DNA of 64,000 bases from Glaucostegus cemiculus. Lineage: Eukaryota. Both the position numbers and the translations under genes were made by a program. Shown in pieces: positions 48,301-57,340 of the stretch. Each line of letters starts with the position of its first letter. Within the stretch, counting starts at the first letter, position 1. The stretch covers positions 2,356,001-2,420,000 of the forward strand of contig CDPCPM010000133.1 of NCBI GenBank assembly GCA_976551045.1, written 5' to 3'. Under the pieces are notes generated by a model. It was not told the origin of the DNA, did not search any database, and was given only the letters and a program-made list of their open reading frames with translations.

Positions 48301-49808
48301 AAGTGTTGTTCTTGGTGATTCCTGGGTTTTTGTAGGAGTTTCAGGAGAGGACCTGGTGATTGTAGATGCTTCTGTTGATGGATGTGTTTCTGATGAAGAC
48401 GCGGTAATCGAAGATACTTCTGTTGTCAGATGGCTTTCTGATGATGATTCAGTTGTCGATGAAACTATCGATGATGTGGAGTATGTTTGTGTTGAAGACT
48501 CGAATACCGGCGTTGAAGTGGCTGCTGTTGAATGTGATTCTGATGGGGTTTCAGTCGTCTCTGAGGTCTGTGTTGTTAAGTGCGTTTCTGATGGCAACGT
48601 GGTTTCTGCGGTGGCTTGCGTTGACTTTGGATGTGCCGAGGTTAAAGGTTCCTGGGTAGTCGTTGCAGTTGAGGAGACGGTGGTTGATGACTCTGTTGTT
48701 GTTGGGTGTGATACGGATGAATGTTCGGTGGTAGGTGTGACTTGCGTTGATTCAGAGAAGACTGCCGCTGAGCGCTCAGTTACCAAAGGTGATGTTGTTG
48801 CTGTTACATGGCTTTCTGACGGGGATACACTTTGTGAGGAAATTTGTGTTGTGCTTGGATAGGTTTGTGTTGACTGTACTGTTCTTGATGATTCATGTGT
48901 TGTTGGATGTGTTTCTGAAGGCGACGTTGTGGTCGTAGATATCTCCGATATTGGATGGGTTTGTGATGAAGGTTCAGTTGTCACGGAAGCTTCTGTTGTT
49001 GGATGTGTTTGTGAGGAGGACGCGGTAATCGTAGATACTTCTGCTGTCGGATGGCTTTCTGATGATGATGATTCAATTTTTGACGAAACTGCCGTTGATG
49101 TGGAGTATTTTTGTGTTGAGGACTCAGTCACCAGGGATCGAGTTGCTGTTGATAAATGTGTTTCTGACGGCGACATAGTTTTGGACGAGGCTGCTTTTGT
49201 ATTTGTGTGGGTTTGTGTTGGCAATTCTGTACTTGGTGATTCCTGCGATGTTGGCTGTGTTTCTGCTGAGGCCGGTGTTGTTGATGATGCTTGTCTTCCT
49301 TTGGGTGTTTGTGATGAATATTGTGTTGTGGCTGTCTCTTCTGTTTTGCTTGGATGTGTTGCTGATGGTGTCTCAGTTACTGCTGAGGTTGGTGTTGCTG
49401 AATGTGTTTCTGATGGCAATATCTCTTCAGTGGAGGCCTTTGTTGTCTTTGGATGTGCCGAGGTAGAAGGTTCCTGGGTGCGATGTGTTTTAGCTGAGGA
49501 GACAGTGAATGAGGATTCTTCTGAAATTTGTGTTGTGTTCGGATGTGTTTGTGTTGTCTGCTTTGTTCTTGATGATTCATATGTTGTTGGATGTGTTTTT
49601 GAAGAGGACGTTGTAGTAGTTGACATCTGCGATATTTCATGAGTTGCTGATGAAGGCTCAATTGTCACTCTTGTTTCTGTTGTTGGATGTTTGTGTGTTG
49701 GGGTTGTGTTCATGATAGGTACCTCTGTTGTTGCACGGCTCTCTGACGATGATTCAGTGTCTGTTGAATTCTCCTTTGATATGGTGACATTTTCTGGTTT
49801 GCTCGCAA
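360..49808 (-). CDS. Giant internal coding exon of a MUC3/MUC12/MUC17-like mucin (PTS tandem repeats plus EGF-like domain); partial gene
   Basis: Stop-free 16,503-codon ORF (304..49815) dominated by S/T/E/P/H. It has no ATG or signal peptide at its start (the ORF track opens on TTG). It is bounded by a branch-point-like TTAAC, CTATTCTC and TAG acceptor (AG at 49810-49809) and a CTCA|GTAAGT donor (360/359). Length is 49,449 nt, a multiple of 3, phase 1 at both ends. C-terminal CQCPSITYGSLCQ resembles human MUC3A EGF1 (CQCPSTFYGSSCE, recalled). Orthology is not established. Confidence 0.9.
394..498 (-). other. EGF-like domain (8 Cys) at the 3' end of the giant exon
   Basis: CSKCHCLNGGNCNSSATTKDHCVCQCPSITYGSLC contains the EGF hallmarks C-x-NGG-x-C and C-x-C-P-x4-G-x2-C. 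Confidence 0.9.
1330..49490 (-). repeat. Coding tandem array (mucin VNTR), 28 units
   Basis: The same marker (start of the antisense MIV.. ORF) recurs at 2033, 3353, 4673, 5993, 7841, 9161, 11009, 12329, 14177, 16025, 17048, 18896 and onward to 48356. The 27 spacings are 15x1848, 6x1830, 5x1320 and 1x1023 bp (616/610/440/341 aa). Units differ by scattered substitutions only. Confidence 0.98.
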
Positions 49809-49835
49809 CTACCAATGAGAATAGTGTTGTTAAAT
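49806..49835 (-). promoter_or_regulatory. 3' splice acceptor and branch point of the giant exon (phase 1)
   Basis: Minus strand ATTTAACAACACTATTCTCATTGGTAG|TTG. This is the first AG downstream of the in-frame TGA at 49843-49845, and its phase matches the donor. The pyrimidine tract is modest. Confidence 0.6.
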
Positions 49836-50369
49836 GCGTTTTTCATGGAAACAATCTTTGAAAATAATCTTAAATGTCATGTGAGTACATTGGAAGCAAT
49901 TAAAATTATTGAAGTTCATGAATTCTGCCTCAGATCATTTTGCAGCTGTGACCTGATATAGGCTCTGAATGCTCATGGGGACATTGCACGACATCAGGGC
50001 CCCACTGTTGACTCCAGTGCGCAGTTTCAGGACCTGCTTCTGTACAAGTGACTCAACACCACTGATTCTAAAGGAACCTATGGCCACAGTCTGCGATATT
50101 CTGTTTACAGGCAAGTATAGAAATTCTACATGATGCTAATTGGGAAGAGTAAAATGGTTTTAAATTTGATTGTTAAGTGACTTGCTTTAGCTACAAAGAA
50201 CTGAAGGAAGTGCAATTTATGTATTCACTTCAGTTCTGTCAGGTGAACGATTGAGCTGATAGTTCTCGATATGTTGATACTGATTGGCGGTGTCATCTGG
50301 AGCTCTTGCACAGTAGAAGCAGAAACAAAATTTGAGGCCCATCAGAGAATGGAAGTGAATGTAACTGAA

Positions 50370-50925
50370 CTAAGGTTAATTGTCATGGCACACTTGGAGC
50401 ATTGGGTTCAGTTCTGGTCACCCTGCTCTTGGAAAGATGGAACTTACCTAGAAAGAATGCAGAAAAGATTTACAAGGATGTTGTCAGGACTTTAGGGACT
50501 GGATTATCAGGAAAGATTGGGAATGCTGGAACTTTATTCTTTGGAGCATCAGAGACTGAAGTTTGATCCTACAGAGGTGTATGAAATCATGAGGAGAATA
50601 GACAGGGTGAATGCATGCAGTCTTTTTCCCAGGGTTGGGGAATCAAAAGCTAGTGGGTGTAGGTTTAAGGTAAGGGGGGGAAAGATTTAATAGGAAGCTA
50701 AAGAGCAACATTTTCATACAGAGGCTGCTATATATATATGGAATGATCTCCTGGAGGAAGTGGTTGAGGCAAGGACAATAACAACATTTAAAAGATGTTT
50801 AGACAGGTACATGCATAATTTAGAGGGACATGGGTCAAATGCGGGCAAATTGGACTAGCTTAGGTCGGTACCCTGGACCAGTTGGGCCAAAGGGCCTATT
50901 TCCATGCTGTATAACGCTGTGACTC
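50370..50925 (+). mobile_element. CR1-clade LINE, 5'-truncated 3' fragment
   Basis: HLEHWVQFWSP...LERMQKRFTRML is the CR1 ORF2 C-terminus. It is followed by the typical 3' UTR GGGCCAAAGGGCCTATTTCCATGCTGTA and a decayed tail. Confidence 0.9.
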
Positions 50926-50949
50926 TCCATCATGTTAAATGTGTGTCAC

Positions 50950-52380
50950 TGAAGGGACGGTGAAGGAGTGAGGGCCTTAGATTTCAGGATCATCGGGATT
51001 GTTCCTTGGGAAGGTAGGACCTGCACAAGCTGGATCGGTTGCACCTGAACTGGAATGGATCCAACATCCTTGCAGGGAGTTTGCTAAACTAACTTGGCAG
51101 GGGAAATCACACAGACAAGGTTGAAGGAAAGTGTAATGTTGGAGTGGAGTCGGTTGGCTAGGAAGATGCAAAAGAAGAAGTAGCATTGCAACATTGCAAC
51201 ATTGATTGAAGAGTCCAGAGCAGTGGTACTGAGTGAGAATATCGCACGAGGCTTTTCAGATTAGGCTTTATGGGTGAAATTTAGGAATGAAAAGGGGGCA
51301 ATCACTTTGATGGGGTTTACCACAGGCCTAACAGTCAGCAGAAGATGGAGGAGCAGATATGTCGGCAAATCATTGCAAAGATAGAAGAGTGTTAGGATTA
51401 TAGTAGTAGAAGGTTTTGAATTTCACAATGGTAACTGGGATAGCTTTTGTGTGTAAGGTATAGAGGGGGTGGTATTTTTAAAGTGCATCTCAGAGAACCC
51501 TTTGCACCAGTATGTATGGGCAGTACTGGACCTAATCTTCAGGAAGGTATCTGGGCAAGTGGTGGAAGTGTCAGTGGAAGACCATTTTGGAGATCATGAC
51601 CATAATTCTCAGTTTCAGGGTGGTACGGAGAGGGATAAAACTGGTCTGGAAACTGCGATTCTGCATTCGGGGGAAGGGTAAATTCATTATCATAAAATCG
51701 GAGCTGGCAAAATAGTAGGTCTACATCTGACAATAGCAAATATTCAAAAGTGAAATTTTGGGAATTCAAAGCTACCATGTTTCCATTGAGGTGAAAGGTG
51801 AGGACAAAAAAAATCCAAGGAACACTGGAAGCATATGGATCATAGAGAGAATGGGGGAGGCCCACCAGGAATATAGAAAGGGAGGAGGATAGTTGAGGCT
51901 GTAGGATGATATCAGTCTAAGATGGACAGAGCAAAGGCAGATGGAATTTAATCCCAATAAATGCAAGGTGATGCACTTTGGGAGAATTAGTAAGTATAGG
52001 ACACAGGCAGTGAATGGCAAAGCCCTCAGGAGTATTGAAGGACCTCAGTGAACAAGTTCAAGGATCCCTGAAGTTGGCAGCATAGGTAGATAAGGTGAAG
52101 AAGAAAGCATGCAGGACATTTGACTTCATTCGTCAGGGCACAGAATACAACTTTATAAAAAAAAATTAGTAAGACCACACTGAAGTACTGTGTGCAGTTC
52201 TGAGTACCAAGCTGTAGGAAGGACATGATTGCACTCGAGATGGTGCAGAGGAGAATCATCAGGGTGTTGCCTGGGATGGAGCATTTTAATTAAAATGATA
52301 GACTGAGTCTGTTTCCCTGGAGCAGAGGAGGCTGAAAGGGAACCTGATAGAGTTATACAGAATTATTAGGGGCAGAATTA
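50950..52380 (+). mobile_element. Decayed, internally deleted CR1 LINE (ORF1 end, endonuclease pieces, ORF2 C-terminal piece)
   Basis: ORF1 SGNH-like end (GGTTGCACCTGAACTGG, LHLNW) near 51040. Endonuclease-end motif AVLDLI...VEDHFGDHDHNS at 51520-51610. QMEFNPNKCKVMHFGR at about 51940-51985 and YCVQF at about 52190. Confidence 0.85.
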
Positions 52381-52559
52381 AAGAGCATGTTTTAAAGTAG
52401 CCCTTTGTTCCTTCCCAGAGACTTAGCAGTGAGTGGGAAGCAGTTTAAAATGTGCGCAAGTTTCAAATCTCGTGAGAGTGGTTGGAAACTCTCCTGAGAG
52501 TGGCTGTTTTGAGTAAGTGCTGTGCCTGAGGTGACAGAAAAATATGTGACTGAGGGTCT

Positions 52560-54100
52560 GGAACAAGAGGGAGGAATTCAGGTCCTCGGACCATTGGAAA
52601 CTCTCCTGAGGCAGAGGTGACTTTACAGAAGGGATGGGTTGCACCTGAACTGAAGGGGAACCAATTATCCAATATCCTGGCAGGGAAATGTTCTGGAGCT
52701 ACACTGGAAGGTTTAAACGAGTTCAGCATTGGGAGGGGGTGGGGGGAGCATGGGGAGGAGGGATGGGACCCAAAGTAGTACCATGACAGAAGAGAAAGTT
52801 GAGGCAGATATGGAAATTATACAAGACAAGATCAATAGGCACTGGGAGGCCTAGGAGTGAGGGAGGTCTGATAGACTAAACTGCATTAATGCAATAGTGC
52901 AAGAAGCTGACAGGAAAGACTGATGAGCTCAGGGCCTGACAAGCACATGGGATACTGATATTATAGCTATTACAGAAATGTGGCTGAGGGATGGGCAGCT
53001 CAATGTTCTGGGCTACAGAGGTGTGCTAGAAGTGGAGGTAAGAGAAGAGGAGGAGCTTGTTTTTGATTCAGGAAAACATCACAACGGTACTTAGAGAGGA
53101 CAGAGACTATGTGGGTAGAGCTCAGAAATAAGAAGGGGCAGATCACTGATGGGATTGTACTCTAGGGCTCCCAATGGTCAGTGGGAATCAGAGGAGGAAA
53201 TATGAAGGGAGATCACATATAGCTGTAGGAACAATAGGCTTGTAATAATGAGTGATTTTAACTTCCCTAATATTGACTGGGACAGACATAGGGCTAAAGG
53301 ATTAGATGGAGTAAAATTTATTAAGTGTGTTTACTCAAGCAATATATAGAAGGTCCTACTGGAGAGGGGGCAACTCTTGAACCCATCTCAGAAAATGAGG
53401 CTGGGCAATTATTTGAACTGTAGGTGAGGGAGCACCTTGGAATCTGTTACCATAATTTTATCAGTCTTAACATAGTTATGGATAAAGATAGAACTGGCTC
53501 ACAAGTTAAGGTCCTAAATTGGGGCAAGGCTAATTTTGTTGGCATTAGACAGGAACTTGCAAAGGTTGTTTGGTAGAGGCTGTTAGCAGTATAGAGATGT
53601 CTGGCAAGTGGAAGGCTTTTAGAAGTGAGTTAGAAAGAGTTCAGAGTCAGCATGTTCCTGTCAGAGTAAAGAGCAAGGCTGGCAGGATTAGGGAACCCTG
53701 TCTGACAAGGGATGTTGAAGCTCTGGTCAGGAAGAAGAAAGAGACAGAGGCCAGATATAAGCAGCTGGCATCAAGCAAATTCCTTGAGGAGTATAAGAGA
53801 TGTAGGAGTACACTTAAGAAGGAAACCAGGAGGGAAAAAGGGATCATGAGGTGCCCTTGACAGATAAGGAGAAGGAGAATCCTAAGAGATTTTATGAATA
53901 TTAAGAGCAAAAGGGTAACAAAGGGGAAAATAGGTCCCATTATGGATCAGTGCAGTCGTTTATGTGTGGAGCCATGGAAAATAGGTAAGGTTGTAAAAGA
54001 ATACTTCTCGTCTGTATTTACTGTGGAGAAGGTCATAGAATCTACGGAATTTAGGGAAAAGAATAGTGATGTCCTGAAACATCACTAGGTAAAGGAAAGG
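52560..54100 (+). mobile_element. Decayed CR1 LINE (ORF1 end plus ORF2 endonuclease/tether; RT and 3' end missing)
   Basis: RRDGLHLN at about 52627. DIIAITEMWL at about 52958. SDFNFPNIDW at about 53250. KWKAFRSELERVQSQHVPVRVK and KSKRVTKGKIGP tether motifs. Many stops and frameshifts. Confidence 0.9.
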
Positions 54101-54196
54101 CAATAGAATATATATTCATCAGATGAATGAAAGGTGATTGAATTGTTGTAAAAGGTTGCAATCCTTGTGATGTTGATGTGAGTGAAACACAAATTT

Positions 54197-54420
54197 TCAA
54201 TAAAATAATGCTGAAAAACTGAGACTTCCATCTTTCAATAGTGGTATGTAATTCTGCAGTTTATCAGATGTGGTAAGTTTGTGGTTATGGCCTTGGGCTA
54301 GTGAAATGGATGACGTGAGATTGAATTCCACCTTGGAAAATTGTAAGAACCTAGCCCAAGAACTCTGTGAATTGGCTCCAGAATAAATGACCAACAAAAT
54401 CAGCTGAGTTATGGGGAAGA
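54197..54420 (+). repeat. Unclassified old interspersed repeat, copy 1
   Basis: Aligns by eye with the reverse complement of 57100-57340 (GGTATGTAA.T.TGCAGTTTA and GCTC.AGAATAAATG.CCAA are shared). Confidence 0.7.
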
Positions 54421-54444
54421 AAATACAACCTGAGATTAGGCACA

Positions 54445-54700
54445 TTCGGGTGGCACCATAGCATAGTGTGACACTATTATAGTGCCCAGCGATCAGGGTT
54501 CAATTCCCGCCGCTGTCTGTAAGGAGTTTGTATGTTCTCCCTTTACCTGTGTGGGTTTCCCCCAGGTGGTCCAGTTTCCTTCCACATTCCAATGACATAC
54601 GGGTAGGTTAACGTGGGTTTAAATGGGTGGCGCAGGCTCACAGGGCTGGAAGGGCCAGTTACCGTGCTGTAAATGAAGTTTTTTTTAAAGTTTAAATAAA
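54445..54700 (+). mobile_element. V-SINE (HE1-like tRNA-derived SINE) with CR1-type tail
   Basis: B-box GGTTCAATTCCC, V-domain GGAGTTTGTATGTTCTCCC...GTGGGTTTCC...CCACATTCCAA, and tail GGGCTGGAAGGGCCAGTTACCGTGCTGTA resembling CR1 3' ends in this window. Confidence 0.85.
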
Positions 54701-54799
54701 CCTGGCCATATACAATTTACCAGCCCAGGTTACACTGCCACTTTTCAATGTCGTGGCATTGGCTAATGCAGTTCCCCAGTTTGTTTTATTTTTACATAC

Positions 54800-54827
54800 C
54801 CTCATTCACATATTCCCAGGGCAGAAG
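54800..54827 (-). CDS. Candidate 28-nt micro-exon upstream of the giant exon (LLPWEYVNE + G)
   Basis: Minus strand TTTAAC, then a 27-nt pyrimidine-rich tract, ACACAAG|, 28 nt, and AGG|GTATGT. The only stop-free frame ends in phase 1, matching the giant exon acceptor. There is no homology or transcript support. Confidence 0.35.
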
Positions 54828-55355
54828 CTTGTGTACAGGGAAATGAGGAGAGAGAGGGAATGGTTAAATAGTGCAGCATAGCCCCCTGCGTGTTTCAGTT
54901 CACTCAGCAGACCTTCCAGAATAATTAATGGGTATATGTGGAGGTATAAAAATCTACCTCGATGCCAATAGGTTTCTGATTGTAGAGAGCATCACACTTG
55001 AATCTGATTTTCATACAACACCTGTGCACATACAGTCTTCAGGTCTTACCAGCTAGGGATCAAGAGCAGGAGCTGCTGCTGATTTTAATCTCAGAATGCA
55101 CAGGGGAGTTTTCTGACATTCAACTAGTCCATCAATAAAGCTGAGATGGAGACACAAAAGTCAGCAGATGCTGGAATCTGGAGCAAACGGTGTTGTGGTC
55201 TGTATGATTGCTGACCACCCCAGTGAAGGAACATTCCAACTGATCTTTTCATCATCCTTATTCCTTTAGTACAGAGTAAGATTTGTGTCTGGGTAAACAG
55301 AGGTGAAAGGTCAGATGGACTGACCATTCTAGTTCAGATCCATTGGAAGATTGAC

Positions 55356-55662
55356 AAGATAGATAAGATATTTATTTATTAGTTACATGTACATCGAAAC
55401 ACACAGTGAAATGCCTCTTTTTGTGTTACCAAGAATGTGCTGGGGGGCAGCCCGCAAGTGTCGCCACTCTTCCGGCACCGACATAGCACGGCCACAGCTC
55501 CTAACCCGTACGTCTTTGGAATGTGAGAGGAAACTGGAACACCCGGAGGAAACCCACGTAGACATGGTGAGAACGTACAGACTCCTTACAGACAACGACG
55601 GGAATTGAACCCGGGTTGCTGGCACGGTAATAGTGTTATGCTAACTGCTACACTACCGTGCC
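55356..55662 (-). mobile_element. V-SINE with a different (non-CR1) tail ending in (TCTTA)n-like repeats
   Basis: Minus strand GGCACGGTAGTGTAGCAGTTAGC A-box region, GGTTCAATTCCC B-box, V-domain, then a unique segment ending ATGTACATGTAACTAATAAATAAATATCTTATCTATCTT. Confidence 0.85.
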
Positions 55663-55839
55663 GGTACTAGGCTCCACTGAGTTGTTTGTAATGCTGATAA
55701 GGCCACACAAAACTTTGGATAAAGGAGTGCTATAAAAGCTGATAGCTAACCTAACAGTAATGCTAAATCTGAAACTGGATCTTACAAATCTAACAGAAAA
55801 TGGGTCTGACAACAAAAGTTATTAAATATACTTCTAGCA

Positions 55840-56185
55840 CCATAACAGAGGAGCAGGAGTACACTGTTTGACCTTTGGAGCCTGTTCTGCCATTCAATTC
55901 AACCATGACTGATCATCTATCTCCATTACAACTCTCTCCCTATACCCTTTGATGCATTTTGTATCTTGAATGTTTGGTATCTATTTCCTTCTTAAGTACC
56001 TTCAACAACTTGGCCTCCGTAGCCTTCCAGGGCAGCAAATTCCATAGGTTCACTACCCTTTGAGTGAAGACGTTCCTGTGTCTTACCCACCATCCTGAGA
56101 CTGCAATCCATTGCTCCAGACCTTTGCAGCCAAGGGAAACATCCTCCTTGCATCCACTCTGTCCAGTTCTGTTACAATTTTATGA
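55840..56185 (-). mobile_element. Old CR1 LINE 3' fragment
   Basis: Reverse-strand CR1 3' UTR pattern (GGAGCAGGAGTA...GAGCCTGTTCTGCCATTCAAT; AAATTCCATAGGTTCACTACCCTTTGAGTGAAGA on the + strand). Confidence 0.75.
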
Positions 56186-56344
56186 ATGCGTTACACATTT
56201 AAATACAGCACCTTGAGATTTACCTTTTTAACTTCTTAAAGTATGTTAACATTATTATTTTGTACTGTCGACCACTTTGACATTTTTGCTTGCCTGGATG
56301 GTATTGGTATTTTTCCTTTTTATTTCTCCTTCTACCTTTTACCT

Positions 56345-56495
56345 TGGCTCTCTCCCATCTACCTTTCAGTCCATATGAAGGGTCGTGACCTGAAACATCA
56401 ACTGTCCATTTCCCTCCACAAATATTGTCTAACCTGCTGTGTTCCTCCAGCATCTTGTGTGTTTCTCCAGCTTCCAGCATCAGCTGTCTCCATTT
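56345..56495 (+). mobile_element. Penelope-like element terminus with a degenerate hammerhead-ribozyme motif
   Basis: CAGTCCATATGAAGGGTCGTGACCTGAAACATCAACTGTCCATTTCCCTCCACA...TTCCTCCAGCA...TTCCAGCATC matches the recalled elasmobranch Penelope-type end (CTGATGAAGGGTCTCGACCCGAAACGTC). Confidence 0.7.
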
Positions 56496-56619
56496 TCTTT
56501 ACATGCTTTCTCCCTTCCTGCTGCTGTCTGGCCATCCTTACCTCTCTCATTTTCCCAATTTGCTTCCTTGTTGTTTCTCTTTGGCTTTCTAAATTTTATT
56601 CCACCAGGACCCTTCCCCA

Positions 56620-56965
56620 TCCCACCACTTTACTATGTTTAAAGCCCTGTTTACCTCCTGAGTTACTTGATTTAATGGAACTCTGGCCCCTCTCTCCTTA
56701 CCCAGCACTGATATCACTGCCCCATGAATTGAACCCCACTCCTACACACCAATCTTTGAGTCATGCATTCATCTGTTAACTCCATGCCAGTTGACTCAAC
56801 ACTCCGGTAATCTTCAGAAGTTGTTCTCATTATGGCTCTGCTTTTCATTTTGGTCAGTAGATGCTGGAAACTTCCTCAGCAGCAGCTTTGCCTTGGCTGT
56901 ACCTGTCATTGGTACCTAGGTGACCCATGATAACGGGACCCTTCCCTCCCCCTCCCCCTTCCTTT
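56620..56965 (-). mobile_element. Old CR1 ORF1 (SGNH esterase-like) fragment
   Basis: The minus strand gives GEGKGPVIMGHLGTND (cf. VHIGTND) and QMNA*LKDWC (cf. NAWLKDWC). Confidence 0.65.
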
Positions 56966-57099
56966 TCCTCCCCATTTTTTTAAGGAGTTTGATTACGTAA
57001 CTGATACTGGCCGAACTATTCCTTATCCACACTTGTTTTCAGATAGTGACGACTATTAGCAGCTGCTAGGGTATTGAAAACCAGTAGTATAATGTGGTC

Positions 57100-57340
57100 C
57101 TGACCACAGTCGAGCTGCTATTTTGGCCATTTATTCTAGAGCTAACCCACAGAATTACTGGGCAGAATTATTACAACTTTTCAGTGTGGGAATCAATATC
57201 ACAATGTTCAGTGTGTGTTCACTATGTGTGATTTGTCATTTCACTATGACCATAGCCACAAAACTATCAGTAAACTGCACAGTTACATACCAATGGTTAA
57301 AGACAGAAGTCCTTAGTTTTCAATATTATCTCATTAATTT
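57100..57340 (-). repeat. Unclassified old interspersed repeat, copy 2 (inverted relative to 54197-54420)
   Basis: The shadow translations IYSRANPQNYWAELLQLFS (+) and IYSGANSQSSWARFLQFS (- at 54.3 kb) reflect the nucleotide homology. Confidence 0.7.

Noticed and set aside
1330-49490. CRISPR-like array or non-coding satellite
   Set aside because: There are no unique spacers, and all unit lengths are multiples of 3 in one open frame.
783-49642. Large set of + strand Val/Asp/Cys-rich and Leu/Met-rich ORFs repeating with the array
   Set aside because: They are antisense shadows of ACA/TCA/GAA-rich mucin codons, broken by stops in every unit and lacking independent gene signals.
19668-49661. His/Gln-rich minus-strand ORFs (MRHHQQH..., MSLHQQL...)
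   Set aside because: Alternative frames of the A/C-rich mucin exon that open only where a variant removes a stop.
304-49815. Treating the 16,503-aa ORF as a complete single-exon or prokaryotic adhesin gene
   Set aside because: It starts at TTG with no signal peptide, has splice signals at both ends, ends in a vertebrate EGF domain and is flanked by vertebrate retroelements.
55044-55120. Strong donor CTG|GTAAGA as the end of an upstream coding exon
   Set aside because: In-frame stops lie shortly upstream in all frames, and there is no ATG-led hydrophobic peptide.
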